Below, one piece after another: positions 1 to 9,615 of a stretch of 63,422 nucleotides of DNA (its first letter is position 1; the number at the start of each line of letters is the position of its first letter). The notes under the pieces were generated by a model. The model did not search any database. It saw nothing but the letters and a program-made list of their open reading frames with translations, and was not told the origin of the DNA. The stretch is taken from assembly GCA_964571965.1 (NCBI GenBank), contig CAZNFQ010000003.1:1-63422 (forward strand), in the 5' to 3' direction. Source of the DNA: an uncultured bacterium. Its GTDB lineage: Bacteria > Fermentibacterota > Fermentibacteria > Fermentibacterales > JCC-6. Made by a program: the position numbers and the translations under genes.

Positions 1-300
1 TCTGAACATGGGTGAGTCTATGATGATCCTCACCAGTTCCTCTTCATCCATGGAGATTATTTCGGAGGATGATACCTGAACCTGAAGCTCCTGACGCAGC
101 TGATCAGCAACCTCACCCGGCGCAAGTCGGAACATGGTTACCATCATGGAAATTGCCTCCTGGTTCTCCCTTGTAAGGCTTCTGTAGACAGTTTCACCGT
201 CTGCTCTGTAAAGGGCGTCTATCAGACAGCTCATGTCATCACTGGGGGATGCAAGGGTTAAGAACGCAATCAAAAAAAGGATGGCAGAGGCAAACTTCAT
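1..300 (-). CDS. Secreted hypothetical protein, 3'-truncated by window edge; paralog of 52694..53167
   Basis: Not in ORF track. Read manually from ATG at 300: MKFASAILFLIAFLTLASPSDDMSCLIDALYRADGETVYRSLTRENQEAISMMVTMFRLAPGEVADQLRQELQVQVSSSEIISMDEEELVRIIIDSPMFR, open to position 1, signal-peptide-like N-terminus. Confidence 0.8.
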   Translation of the reverse strand, partial: MKFASAILFLIAFLTLASPSDDMSCLIDALYRADGETVYRSLTRENQEAISMMVTMFRLAPGEVADQLRQELQVQVSSSEIISMDEEELVRIIIDSPMFR

Positions 301-322
301 TTTCATTCCCTTCAAAGGTGTT

Positions 323-342
323 GCGGCGGCGAATGCCGCCGC
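323..342 (-). terminator. GC-rich hairpin after the TlpA gene (terminator or stabilising stem-loop)
   Basis: Perfect 8-bp stem GCGGCGGC-GAAT-GCCGCCGC 15 nt past the stop at 358; no clear U-tract on the minus strand. Confidence 0.45.
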
Positions 343-357
343 TCTGCCTTAATACAC

Positions 358-1554
358 TTAGTCAGCCAACAGAGTTCCCACGATCTCCCTGAGAGCATCC
401 TCGTTAGCAGGGTCGGCACCAACAGCCTGGAAGGCTATATGTCCCTCCCTGTCTATAACATAAAAGGTGGGGATACCCTCCACCAGATAATCTGCGGCAA
501 CGTCGTCACCTGCCAGAACCACCTGGTAGGTGATTCCCATATCATGGAGAAAACCCGCAGGATCATCAGCCTGTTCCCAGGTGTTCACACCAATAACGGC
601 AAGATCATCACCATAGCTTTCATGCAGTTCCTGAAGAAAAGGCATAACCTGCCTGCAGGGCATGCACCAGGTTGCCCAGAAGTCCATGACCACTACTTTA
701 CCTCTTAGATCCGAAAGGGACAGCACCCCTCCTTCAGGGGTTTCAAGGGACCAGTCGGGTGCAGGGGAGCCCACGGGGATTGAACCGAAAACCTGCTGGG
801 GCTGAATGCCTTCGGGACATTCAAGCTGGAAGATTTCAGGTTCGGGATCCAAATCAGTATTCACATTGGACAGTACTATGGTGTATTCCATTCCCGTTCC
901 GTCTTCGTTCCAGTAGGAAATCCGGTTGGCCACGGGAAGCATTGACTGGGGATCGATCCACCAGACCGACTCATAGGGAGACAGATCAACTGCAACGACC
1001 CTGCACAGAACCCCGGCCATTTCCTCCTGGTCAAGTTCCAGGTAACCCTGCGCGTTCAATTCCGCTCCATAGGGATCTTCAGGAAAGAGGAATTCCCTGA
1101 GGACCGCACCCTGGGGGAAGCCGTTACGGTGAACTATCATGGCTCCGCCGTCTTCCATCAGACCGTAGATGTAGTTCCCCTCTTCGGGATTCAGGTAGGC
1201 TGCGTAGCTCGGGTTGGAAACCGCGTATTCAACAGGTCCCGGCTCTCCTTCAGGGGACATCACGGTGAATTCCAGATATATGCCGGCTTCGTCCGTGCTT
1301 GTACCCCGCTTTAAGATCGCTTTCCCCGTTGTGGAAAACACAACTTCGCTGTCAGTTACGCTCACCCCTTCAACGGTAAAATCATAGGATACAGCACCCA
1401 CATCCAGCACAGCTTCTGTAACCTCCAGGAAAAGAGAGTGCGGGTCGGATGCAGAACCGCTTCCGGCGGCATCTCCAACCTGGTCCGCTGGCTCGTTTCC
1501 GCCACCGCATGCTATGAGCATAACAGCGATAAATACAGTTAACAGTTTTTTCAT
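358..1554 (-). CDS. Lipoprotein with LolA/DUF2092-like N-terminal region and C-terminal TlpA-family thiol:disulfide oxidoreductase
   Basis: Lipobox LIAC; C-terminal APDWSL...GKVVVMDFWATWCMPC...GIPTFYVIDREG is a TlpA/ResA thioredoxin signature. Confidence 0.85.
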   Translation of the reverse strand: MKKLLTVFIAVMLIACGGGNEPADQVGDAAGSGSASDPHSLFLEVTEAVLDVGAVSYDFTVEGVSVTDSEVVFSTTGKAILKRGTSTDEAGIYLEFTVMSPEGEPGPVEYAVSNPSYAAYLNPEEGNYIYGLMEDGGAMIVHRNGFPQGAVLREFLFPEDPYGAELNAQGYLELDQEEMAGVLCRVVAVDLSPYESVWWIDPQSMLPVANRISYWNEDGTGMEYTIVLSNVNTDLDPEPEIFQLECPEGIQPQQVFGSIPVGSPAPDWSLETPEGGVLSLSDLRGKVVVMDFWATWCMPCRQVMPFLQELHESYGDDLAVIGVNTWEQADDPAGFLHDMGITYQVVLAGDDVAADYLVEGIPTFYVIDREGHIAFQAVGADPANEDALREIVGTLLAD

Positions 1555-1564
1555 AATTTACCCT

Positions 1565-2371
1565 TCATTGAGTGAGCATCCTTATATCAGCGGCCCGTTC
1601 ATCATCGGTTCCAGGAGTTTCAGCGATTCCCAGTGAATCACCGAACAGCGGATTCTTATACAGAGCTTTCAGCACTGCAGTTCTGAGAGTACCTGTGCCG
1701 AAATGCTCATGCCTGTCACGGAGACTGCCCTTTTCCACCTTTGAACCGTTAATGTGAAAAACTTTTACGCTTTCTGCTCCGAGCTCCCGGCAGATCTCCC
1801 TTACAAAGCCGGGTTCTTCCAGATCATAACCGGCACCGTGCGCATGGGCAGTATCGATGCAGAACCCGATTTTTTCAGGAACACCGGACAACCTCTTTAT
1901 TTCGGCAAGCTCGTGGAACCGGCGGCCTATGGAAGTTCCAGCCCCTGCCGTATTCTCAAGAAGAATCAAAGGCCCGTCAGCCTGGTCTGAAACCACCGCT
2001 CTCAATGACTCTGCAACCATTTCGATTCCCGCTTCCAGCCCCGAGTCCTGATACGCACCCGGATGAAGAACAAGAAATGGTATTCCAAGGATACGGCACC
2101 TGTGAATTTCATTTTTCAGGGCAATACGTGACTTCTCTCTTACATCTATCCTTGAAGATGAGGGATTGATAAGGTAAGAAGCGTGTGAGACAAAGGTGAA
2201 TCCCCGGCTATTCTTCCGGAATTGTTCAACCGTATCCGGAGAAAGCTCCGGGGAAACCCATCTTCTCTGATTTGCGGTGAATATCTGACCAGCAGTCAGC
2301 CCCAGTTCCCGGAGTCTTCCGGGGGCTTTCTGTATTCCGCCGGCTGTTGAAACATGAATTCCCGGGATCAC
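1565..2371 (-). CDS. nfo: Endonuclease IV (AP endonuclease family 2)
   Basis: GIHVSTAGG, HASYLIN, VLHPG, LLENTAG, CIDTAH, DRHEH, ETP zinc-ligand motifs. Start reassigned to GTG 2371 (GTGA overlap with upstream stop, AGGA upstream). Confidence 0.92.
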   Translation of the reverse strand: MIPGIHVSTAGGIQKAPGRLRELGLTAGQIFTANQRRWVSPELSPDTVEQFRKNSRGFTFVSHASYLINPSSSRIDVREKSRIALKNEIHRCRILGIPFLVLHPGAYQDSGLEAGIEMVAESLRAVVSDQADGPLILLENTAGAGTSIGRRFHELAEIKRLSGVPEKIGFCIDTAHAHGAGYDLEEPGFVREICRELGAESVKVFHINGSKVEKGSLRDRHEHFGTGTLRTAVLKALYKNPLFGDSLGIAETPGTDDERAADIRMLTQ

Positions 2372-3519
2372 AGTGTGAAGGTCCTTCTGAAGTGCTCCAG
2401 TGTCTTCATTGCTCTTTTCTGAAGCTCTTTTCTTCTTTCTTCCATGTCTTTCTGAATGGAATCGTAATCCTTCCACGCTTCCTCCACGGCCAGTGCCGTG
2501 GTTTTGTCTGGTATTCCCGGAGTCCCTGAGGATACAAGCCGGGAAAGACCAGCCTGTTCCATGAAACGGGTACACTTGCTTGAATAGGATACCAGCACAG
2601 GAACCGTTCCAGAGGCAAAAGCCAGAATAGCTCCGTGTAGAGGCGTGGTGATCATTATTCTGCTGCTGGAAAGCTTTTTCAGGAATTCGTCTGTATCCGC
2701 TGGATCCGCTATCTCAACCTCACTTTTCATTTTCCCTGCAACCATTCCGCAGAATGCCATATCATCGTTGGATAGAGTTCCTGTGTGAAAGGGAAGTAGA
2801 ATTACACCGGCGTTAAATTTCGCCGCATACCAGTCCAGAAGTTTTGCCCAGGCGGAAACGGCCCTCGAAGGATCCTTCTTTTTGTAGATCCCGAGTTTTT
2901 TCCTCAGTTCCAAAGGAAGAAGATGCCTTGTTCTGTTGGAAACATCCCTTGGCGCAGCCCCGATAACCATTCCTTTCCCCGTTCCGTGAAACTCGGGCAC
3001 CAGGGCACAGTCCGCCGCAAGAACCATTTCCGGTTCGCGCAGACCCAGGGAATAAAGAGTGTTGAACGAACCTCTGTCCCTGACCGTTATTCCCGAAAGG
3101 GTCTTCAGGAAAATCTTCATCATGATTTTCGACATGAATGTGAGTTCCCTGCCCTGGCCTATCCCCACCGCCCAGGCAAACGACTTTTTCCGCAGAAAGA
3201 AAGCCAGGACAACAGGGAGGAGGTTGAAGGGACTGTATAGAATGGATGAGTCATCCTGAACAAGTTCACCTCCGCCTACAATAACCACATCGCACCATAG
3301 TACCGCTTCCAGAATCCCGCGAATCCTGCCTTTGCTCACATCGAAACATTTGGCTCCCGGATACTTTTTCGAGGTTCTTTCCGGGTCCGCGGTGAGAACT
3401 CCCACGGAAGCCCCGGTTTTCCTCAGGTCCTCGTATTGCGATCTGAAGATCACAGAATCGCCCACATTGGATCCTCCGGCCTCCAGTTCTCCCCAGCTGA
3501 AGGAAGCTATCTTCGTCAG
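2368..3519 (-). CDS. Polysaccharide pyruvyl transferase family protein (CsaB-like)
   Basis: NVGDSVI, GGGELVQD, GIGQG, ITVRD, LHGAILA, SYSSKC motifs. Start uncertain: GTG 3465 in track, or CTG 3519 with GGAGG RBS. Confidence 0.85.
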   Translation of the reverse strand: MTKIASFSWGELEAGGSNVGDSVIFRSQYEDLRKTGASVGVLTADPERTSKKYPGAKCFDVSKGRIRGILEAVLWCDVVIVGGGELVQDDSSILYSPFNLLPVVLAFFLRKKSFAWAVGIGQGRELTFMSKIMMKIFLKTLSGITVRDRGSFNTLYSLGLREPEMVLAADCALVPEFHGTGKGMVIGAAPRDVSNRTRHLLPLELRKKLGIYKKKDPSRAVSAWAKLLDWYAAKFNAGVILLPFHTGTLSNDDMAFCGMVAGKMKSEVEIADPADTDEFLKKLSSSRIMITTPLHGAILAFASGTVPVLVSYSSKCTRFMEQAGLSRLVSSGTPGIPDKTTALAVEEAWKDYDSIQKDMEERRKELQKRAMKTLEHFRRTFTL

Positions 3520-5897
3520 TTTCGACCTCCGAAATCCCTCAGGGTTTCCGCCATTTTTCTCAGCCTGGCATCGGCCATTCCCAGAATTGTATCAGCGGGA
3601 TATCCCCCGTGCGCATTCCTCTTTCCTGCTTCCACCCCTGTAAGAAGTTCGATCCCCTCGGATATGGTTTTTACGGAATAGATGTGGAACTTACCCTTTT
3701 CCACCGCTTCCACCACTTCTCTGTTCAGCTGAAGGTGAACAATGTTGGAGTCGGGGATCATTACCCCCTGTGTACCCGTAAGACCGCGTTCCCGGCATAT
3801 TTTGAAGAAGCCTTCCACTTTGTAGTTGACCCCTCCTATTGGCTGTATCCTGCCGTGCTGATTCACAGATCCCGTTACTGCCAGATCCTGTCTGAGGGGA
3901 ACCCCGGAAAGGGCACTGAGAAGTGCATAGAGTTCTGTGGAACTGGCACTGTCTCCATCTACTCCGCCGTAGCTCTGCTCGAAGACTATTCCCGCTGAAA
4001 GGCTCAGGGGATAGTCACTGGCAAACCTGTCGCGGAAGAATCCGTTAATAACATAGACGCCTTTGGTGTGAATTCTGCCGGACATCTCGGATTCTCTCTC
4101 CACGTTCACAATACCCTCGTAACCGGGGCTGACCGTGGCGGTGATCCTGCTTGGAAGACCGAAGGAATGATCAACTCCTGAATAAACGGCCAGACCGTTG
4201 AGCTGACCCACGGCAGAGCCTTCCGTATCAACCATCACCTGATTCTCGATTATCCCTTCCCTGGCATACTCCTCACCCAGGTTGAGCCGATACTCCTTCT
4301 CCTTGATTGCTGTTTCCACATCCTCTGCGGTAACTGTTTCCCGACCCTTCTGGTCTGCCCAGTAGGAAGCCTGTCTCACATAGTCCGCCACCATGTTGAA
4401 CTTCAATGATATCTTGTCACTCCGCCCGGTAAGCCTTACGGCCTGCTCGGCTATTGCCGCCATGGCACTGCTGTTCAGAGGCAGAACCGACTCCGAGTGG
4501 CAGATAAAGGCAATGACCCCTGCAAAATCCGTAATGTTCTCCCGGGTAAGCTCCATTCTGTCATCGAAATCAGCGCGTATCCTGAAAAGATATCCGAAAT
4601 CCGGATCCTGTGATGCCAGAAGGGAGTAGAGCCACCCCGGTCCTATGAGAATGACCTTCACCTTTATCTCGATGGGTTCAGGCTGAAGTTCCACGGGCAT
4701 GAAGGCCCTTGTGATGTCATTGGGTCTGGTTACCGCGGTTCTGTTCCTGATGGTTTGTATGAGGGTCTGCCAGAGACCCGGCTGTCTTACAACGTCCATG
4801 GCGTTGATGATCAGGTATCCTCCGTTTGCCCTGAGGATTGAACCTGCCCTGATCATTGTATGGTCGCTGTAGGGTTTGTTGTCGATTATCACATGGTCCA
4901 CATTGCCGAAAAGCCTTACAGTGTCTGGAAACTGCTCTACGATTACCGGTCTGTTTCCGCTCTCGGAGTTATCCACTATCAGATTGACTTCGAAGATCAC
5001 ATATGGATCGGCATCTTCGCTGTCCGCAGAGAAAGCTTCTATGTTGTCAAGTATGGTATCGGACATTCTTTCAACGTGCTCGGCGGTTTCCTTTCCTCCA
5101 AGCCCTGAAAGCCTTTGAAGTATTCCTGTTACCGTGGGCTTGAGTACCCTCACATGGAACCTGTCTATTTCGTCCTGGGCACGGATTTCGATGGTCTGTG
5201 CCTTCCTGATGGCAGAAGTCAGCAATTTGAAAAGGCGCGTATGTGTTTTCCTGTACTCCGTGAGTTTTTCCTGGGGGAGTTTCCCCTCGGCGGCCAGCTG
5301 CTGAAGCTGTTCATAAGTGTGCGGTTTCCCGTCTATTACAGGGAGGACATCGGGCCTGCTCTGCCCCGGTCCCACCGGAATGCTTACAACGGCAAAGCCT
5401 GCCTTTATGGCGGCTTTTTCCACCTTTTCCATCTGCTGCTTCTTCTCCTCGTTGAAGCTCTCCAGAAGAGCTCCTTTTTCAGCAGCGGTGCTCTCGCTCT
5501 TAAGAACCACCGGGATATTCTTCTTCAGCAGCTCCACACAGTCCTGGACACCCTCTCTGAACTTCCTGCCGTCACCGGCGGGGAACACAAGGGCTCTGGG
5601 CTTTGAGGCGTCTTCGAAATTGTACACATAGCAGATGTCCTGGAGATCACAGCAGGTGGTGTCTATCTGGTCCAGTATCCTCTTCACCGTGGTCTCTCGC
5701 CCGCTGCCGGAAACCCCAGTAACGAACATGTTGTATCCGCCGCTGGGAATCTCAAGGCCAAGTTTCACCGCCCTTACCGCCCTGTGCTGACCCACTATTT
5801 TTTTGGTGGGCTTCAGTTCGCTGCTCTTGTCGAACTGAAAGATGTCATCGGGACAGGTCCATCTCAGTTGGCCGGGCTCGAGGGTTTTGAATTCCAT
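3516..5897 (-). CDS. LonC-type (AAA_32 + Lon_C) serine protease
   Basis: GVDGDSASSTELYALLS (catalytic Ser), IGGVNYKVEGF (Lys), GQLNGLAV, AGSILRANGGYL, degenerate Walker A GVSGSGRET. Confidence 0.92.
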   Translation of the reverse strand: MEFKTLEPGQLRWTCPDDIFQFDKSSELKPTKKIVGQHRAVRAVKLGLEIPSGGYNMFVTGVSGSGRETTVKRILDQIDTTCCDLQDICYVYNFEDASKPRALVFPAGDGRKFREGVQDCVELLKKNIPVVLKSESTAAEKGALLESFNEEKKQQMEKVEKAAIKAGFAVVSIPVGPGQSRPDVLPVIDGKPHTYEQLQQLAAEGKLPQEKLTEYRKTHTRLFKLLTSAIRKAQTIEIRAQDEIDRFHVRVLKPTVTGILQRLSGLGGKETAEHVERMSDTILDNIEAFSADSEDADPYVIFEVNLIVDNSESGNRPVIVEQFPDTVRLFGNVDHVIIDNKPYSDHTMIRAGSILRANGGYLIINAMDVVRQPGLWQTLIQTIRNRTAVTRPNDITRAFMPVELQPEPIEIKVKVILIGPGWLYSLLASQDPDFGYLFRIRADFDDRMELTRENITDFAGVIAFICHSESVLPLNSSAMAAIAEQAVRLTGRSDKISLKFNMVADYVRQASYWADQKGRETVTAEDVETAIKEKEYRLNLGEEYAREGIIENQVMVDTEGSAVGQLNGLAVYSGVDHSFGLPSRITATVSPGYEGIVNVERESEMSGRIHTKGVYVINGFFRDRFASDYPLSLSAGIVFEQSYGGVDGDSASSTELYALLSALSGVPLRQDLAVTGSVNQHGRIQPIGGVNYKVEGFFKICRERGLTGTQGVMIPDSNIVHLQLNREVVEAVEKGKFHIYSVKTISEGIELLTGVEAGKRNAHGGYPADTILGMADARLRKMAETLRDFGGRN

Positions 5898-6040
5898 GGT
5901 ACCACCTTCCGGAATTGGAAACGCATTTCAACTTTCACAGTGCTGTTAAGAATAGCAGAATCCTGGTTTTTATCAAGACTCATTTTCTGAATGGAAGCAG
6001 GTTATACTTTAATGAACCTCTAACTGGAAAGGAGAATCAT

Positions 6041-6850
6041 ATGCAGGAATTCCTGAACTCACTTCCCGGAATTCTTTCGACCTACGGCCTCAAGGTGCTG
6101 ACTGCCATTCTTATAGTGCTTATAGGAAGCTGGATCGCCAAGGCTATTCGAAGGGGCATCCGGAAGGGCATGAACAGGAAAAAACTTGATGCCACCATTA
6201 CCAATTTCACATGTTCCGTTACCTACGCGCTGCTCATGGCATTCATCGTGGTGGCCGCCCTGGGTCAGCTGGGTGTACAGACATCATCCATAGTGGCAAT
6301 ACTGGGTGCTTCCGCGCTAGCCGTGGGCCTTGCCCTTCAGGGTTCACTCTCGAACCTGGCCGCAGGTGTACTTCTTATGGTAACCAGACCGTTCAAGGCA
6401 GGCGACTATGTGGAAACAGCCGGCAACGCTGGAGTTGTGGAAGCAATAAGTCTTCTGAACACGACCCTCAAATCCATAGACAACAAAAAGATAATTGTGC
6501 CGAACTCCGGAATAATCGGAAACCCGATCATCAACTACACAGCTGAACAGAAACGCCGTGTTGACCTTAAGGTGGGGGTATCCTACAAAAGCGACCTCAG
6601 GAAGGTTCGCCAGGTACTCATGGACGAGATACTGAAGAACGATAAGATCCTCAAGGATCCGGCACCCATGGTTGGAGTTGTGGAGATGGCCTCCAGTTCC
6701 GTGAACCTGGTTGTACGCCCATGGGTGAAGACCGCCGACTACTGGGATGTGTATTTTGCCCTTACGGAGAATATCAAACTTCGTCTTGACGCTGAAGGAA
6801 TCGGCATACCATTCCCCCAGACCGATGTGCATCTTTACAGGGAAGACTAG
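6041..6850 (+). CDS. mscS: Small-conductance mechanosensitive channel
   Basis: GLALQGSLSNLAAGV, RPFKAGDYV, IIVPNS, IPFPQ. Start moved to ATG 6041 behind GGAGA. Confidence 0.93.
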   Translation: MQEFLNSLPGILSTYGLKVLTAILIVLIGSWIAKAIRRGIRKGMNRKKLDATITNFTCSVTYALLMAFIVVAALGQLGVQTSSIVAILGASALAVGLALQGSLSNLAAGVLLMVTRPFKAGDYVETAGNAGVVEAISLLNTTLKSIDNKKIIVPNSGIIGNPIINYTAEQKRRVDLKVGVSYKSDLRKVRQVLMDEILKNDKILKDPAPMVGVVEMASSSVNLVVRPWVKTADYWDVYFALTENIKLRLDAEGIGIPFPQTDVHLYRED

Positions 6851-9615
6851 TTTTCAGCCATTCCCGTAACCACAGTGCGCTCCGCTGTATTCGTGCAGCG
6901 GAGGGTAACTGTGGCCCCCGGTCTTCTGAGAACCACAGAGGCTTTCCTGTACCATGGAGACGGGGCGAACACATCGGCAACACCGGTTTCATCTTCCACC
7001 ATGAGAAACCCGGCACCCTCTTTCAGAGACCTGCCGCTTAGAACCCGTCCCCATATGATGCAGGCCCCTGCAGCAGGCATTTCCCGGATGGGAACCGTGC
7101 CGGAAGGCCTTTCCCTGAACACCAGGGGGTGGGCTTCCGTTGTGACCTCTAAAAGTTCAAGTTCCTTTTCAGCCCTTACCCGGGGAATGTAGGAAGGAAG
7201 CGGCGGCGGAGGCATCCCGAATGGGAAAAGCTCGCTCGCTCCTTCTGTTACACACCAGGCAGCCTGTGGACGGTTCATCCCCAGGGAATCGAAACATCCT
7301 GCCATGGCCATATTCACCGCCAGCTTCAGGCCGACTCCGGAAGACCTCACCTGAACAGGATGGGTACAGGGTCTTGCCCTTTTTACCTTGTCGAACTCGG
7401 TTTCCCCCATTCCGGCAAGGTATCCCATTCCAACCATGAGAGTGTTACCGGATGGCGATGTGCAAAACCATTCGGCTTCATTCACATCCGGAGGCAGTAT
7501 GGAAAGACCGAGCCTTCTGGCCTCTTCGATGTACACCGGGTGCCTGTAGAAACCTCCTCCCGCAGCAAGAAAGGCCGCCATTGCATCTGCCGGCCTTTCA
7601 GCCTTGATGGCGGCATAGCTGGATGCCACAGCGGCATAGGTCATTGCGTGGGCCTTGCAGAAACCGTATCCTGCATAACCGGACAGGAGTGTCCACCCCC
7701 TTTCAGCGATATCAGCAGGATATCCGTTCCTCAGACATCTGGAGACAATCTCTTCACGGGATACATCCTTCTTCTTCAGCCTTCTTCTCATGAGATCGCC
7801 CTCGGCAGGCTCGAGACCCATCAGGACACAGGCGGCTTCTGTTACGTTTTCCTGGTAGAGCATCACACCCCTGTTCTCTCGAAGTATGTTGCGAAGGGGT
7901 TCCGGCAGGGTCCTTTCGCCCCCTGCCATGTACTTGTCGCGACCGCCTCCTGAAGCAGCACCCGGACGCACAAGGGCCAGAGCACGGGCCACGTCTTCCA
8001 CAGAGCGGATGTCCATTCTTTTAAGAAGCCCTCTCATGGCCGGGCTCTCGATGTGCGGAACACCTATGGTAAACCCGCGGTTAATAAGCTTCAGAGTTCT
8101 TTCATCGAGGAATCCGCTGTGGTTGATAAGCTTTTCAGGTTCCTTTTCACCGGCAGCCAGCGAAAGTGAGGTCAGCCCCCTCTGACCGAGAAGATCCATT
8201 TTTATCAGACCTGCATACTCCACTCCGTGCATGTCCAGCTGGGTAACCGGGAGACCGCCTGAACACATTTCCACGGGAACCGTTGAAGCGATGAGCCCGT
8301 CTCCCACCACTACTCCGCAGGGATGCGGCATAAGGTGCGAGGGAAGTCCCTTCAGAAGAGCCGCCTTCTCAAGAACCTTTCCCGGCAGAGGCTGTTTCCA
8401 CAGTGGGTTCCATGGACTCTTCGAAAGACCGGCCAGAACGTCTGTTTCGTCTCTGGAAACACCAAGTGCCGCGCAGGCGACCCTTACCGCCGATTTCGTT
8501 CTGTAAGTGACCGTGGCCGAAACCGCCGCGGTTCTCTCCCCCCACTCCTCCAGGAACCAGTTGTAAACCCTGTCTCTTCTGCTGCCGTCTATGTCCAGAT
8601 CGATATCCGGGGGATCGTCCCTGAGGCGATTGAAGAAACGGGTGAAGGAAAGCCCGTAACGGATGGGACAGATCGCCGATATTCCCAGAAGCCTCGAAAC
8701 CAGGCTTCCAGCCGCAGAACCCCGGGCAACCGCCAGGATCCGGTTCTCTCTGCAGTATGAAAGGATCCGGTGGAATACCAGGAAGTAACCGCAGAGCCCT
8801 GCCCCTGAGAGTGCCCTGAGTTCGTCGATAAGCCTTTTCTCGGCAGCCTGACTTCCCCCGTAGAGTTCCTTAAGCCTGGGAAAGAGCAGTCTCTTCAGTT
8901 CACCGTGATCATCGGGAAATATTACAGGGGGCCTGTAGGGGCTTACCGCCGGGAGGGTGCTGGAAAGTTCCAACAGCCTGAGATTGTTCCTTAGGGCAAA
9001 GGGTGCATTCCTCCACATATCCTTCCTGAATACAGGGATTTCATTTCTGCAGTGGTTAAGAGGTTCATTTCTCACATGGGATTCAGGAAGAAGTTCATCG
9101 AACCTCCGGAGCATCCGGTGAACCTGGGGAGATTCCTTTCTGCAGTACATTGAAGGAATGCAGGCCAGTGGAAGAACCCCTTCAGGACAATCAGGATCAC
9201 TTTCGCCCGGATAGACCGGAACGAAGATCGAACCCCTGAAACCATGCCTTCTGGCCAGTGTCCCCCTGCGGGGATCTGCTGCTATGAAGAAAAGGTTTTC
9301 GGAGTCTGCCAGGGCGTCTTCGGGGGAAACCCTTTCGGGAAGGTGACGTGATGTGACAAGCCTGCATAACTGCCCCCAGCCGGATGCGAGTGCTCCGAAA
9401 ACCCCCTCTTCAAGCTCAGCACCGGCAAGACCCTTTATGCCTTCAGATGAAGCAGCAAGTGCGAAACGGTGGGTTCCGTACACTCCACCGGTATCCGCAA
9501 GCAGTGCACCGCCGAAACCGCCTGAAGCAGCCCTTTCAGCTATGGTTTCCGGAAGATCGGTTCCCCAGCTGAAACTGTATGCGCTCTTCGTCCATAGAAG
9601 CAGAGGCTTTTCCAT
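6847..9615 (-). CDS. DNA polymerase III alpha family, compact DnaE2 (error-prone)-like
   Basis: ARGSAAGSLV, PPDIDLD catalytic motif, KMDLLG, GYGFCKAHA, OB-fold EDETG; PHP N-terminus WTKSAYSF lacks the HxH ligands; 922 aa. Confidence 0.88.
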   Translation of the reverse strand: MEKPLLLWTKSAYSFSWGTDLPETIAERAASGGFGGALLADTGGVYGTHRFALAASSEGIKGLAGAELEEGVFGALASGWGQLCRLVTSRHLPERVSPEDALADSENLFFIAADPRRGTLARRHGFRGSIFVPVYPGESDPDCPEGVLPLACIPSMYCRKESPQVHRMLRRFDELLPESHVRNEPLNHCRNEIPVFRKDMWRNAPFALRNNLRLLELSSTLPAVSPYRPPVIFPDDHGELKRLLFPRLKELYGGSQAAEKRLIDELRALSGAGLCGYFLVFHRILSYCRENRILAVARGSAAGSLVSRLLGISAICPIRYGLSFTRFFNRLRDDPPDIDLDIDGSRRDRVYNWFLEEWGERTAAVSATVTYRTKSAVRVACAALGVSRDETDVLAGLSKSPWNPLWKQPLPGKVLEKAALLKGLPSHLMPHPCGVVVGDGLIASTVPVEMCSGGLPVTQLDMHGVEYAGLIKMDLLGQRGLTSLSLAAGEKEPEKLINHSGFLDERTLKLINRGFTIGVPHIESPAMRGLLKRMDIRSVEDVARALALVRPGAASGGGRDKYMAGGERTLPEPLRNILRENRGVMLYQENVTEAACVLMGLEPAEGDLMRRRLKKKDVSREEIVSRCLRNGYPADIAERGWTLLSGYAGYGFCKAHAMTYAAVASSYAAIKAERPADAMAAFLAAGGGFYRHPVYIEEARRLGLSILPPDVNEAEWFCTSPSGNTLMVGMGYLAGMGETEFDKVKRARPCTHPVQVRSSGVGLKLAVNMAMAGCFDSLGMNRPQAAWCVTEGASELFPFGMPPPPLPSYIPRVRAEKELELLEVTTEAHPLVFRERPSGTVPIREMPAAGACIIWGRVLSGRSLKEGAGFLMVEDETGVADVFAPSPWYRKASVVLRRPGATVTLRCTNTAERTVVTGMAEN

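Noticed and set aside
1565-2575. N-terminal extensions in the ORF track (nfo, mscS, spermidine synthase, HD-GYP, hybrid kinase, pyk, YjbQ, SDR and others)
   Set aside because: The extensions overlap neighbours or are non-homologous; downstream starts with SD or stop/start overlaps fit better.
3516-5897. Missing Walker A lysine (GSGRET) in the Lon-like protease as a sign of a pseudogene or novelty
   Set aside because: A degenerate AAA module is an established property of the LonC subfamily; the ORF is intact with the Ser-Lys dyad.
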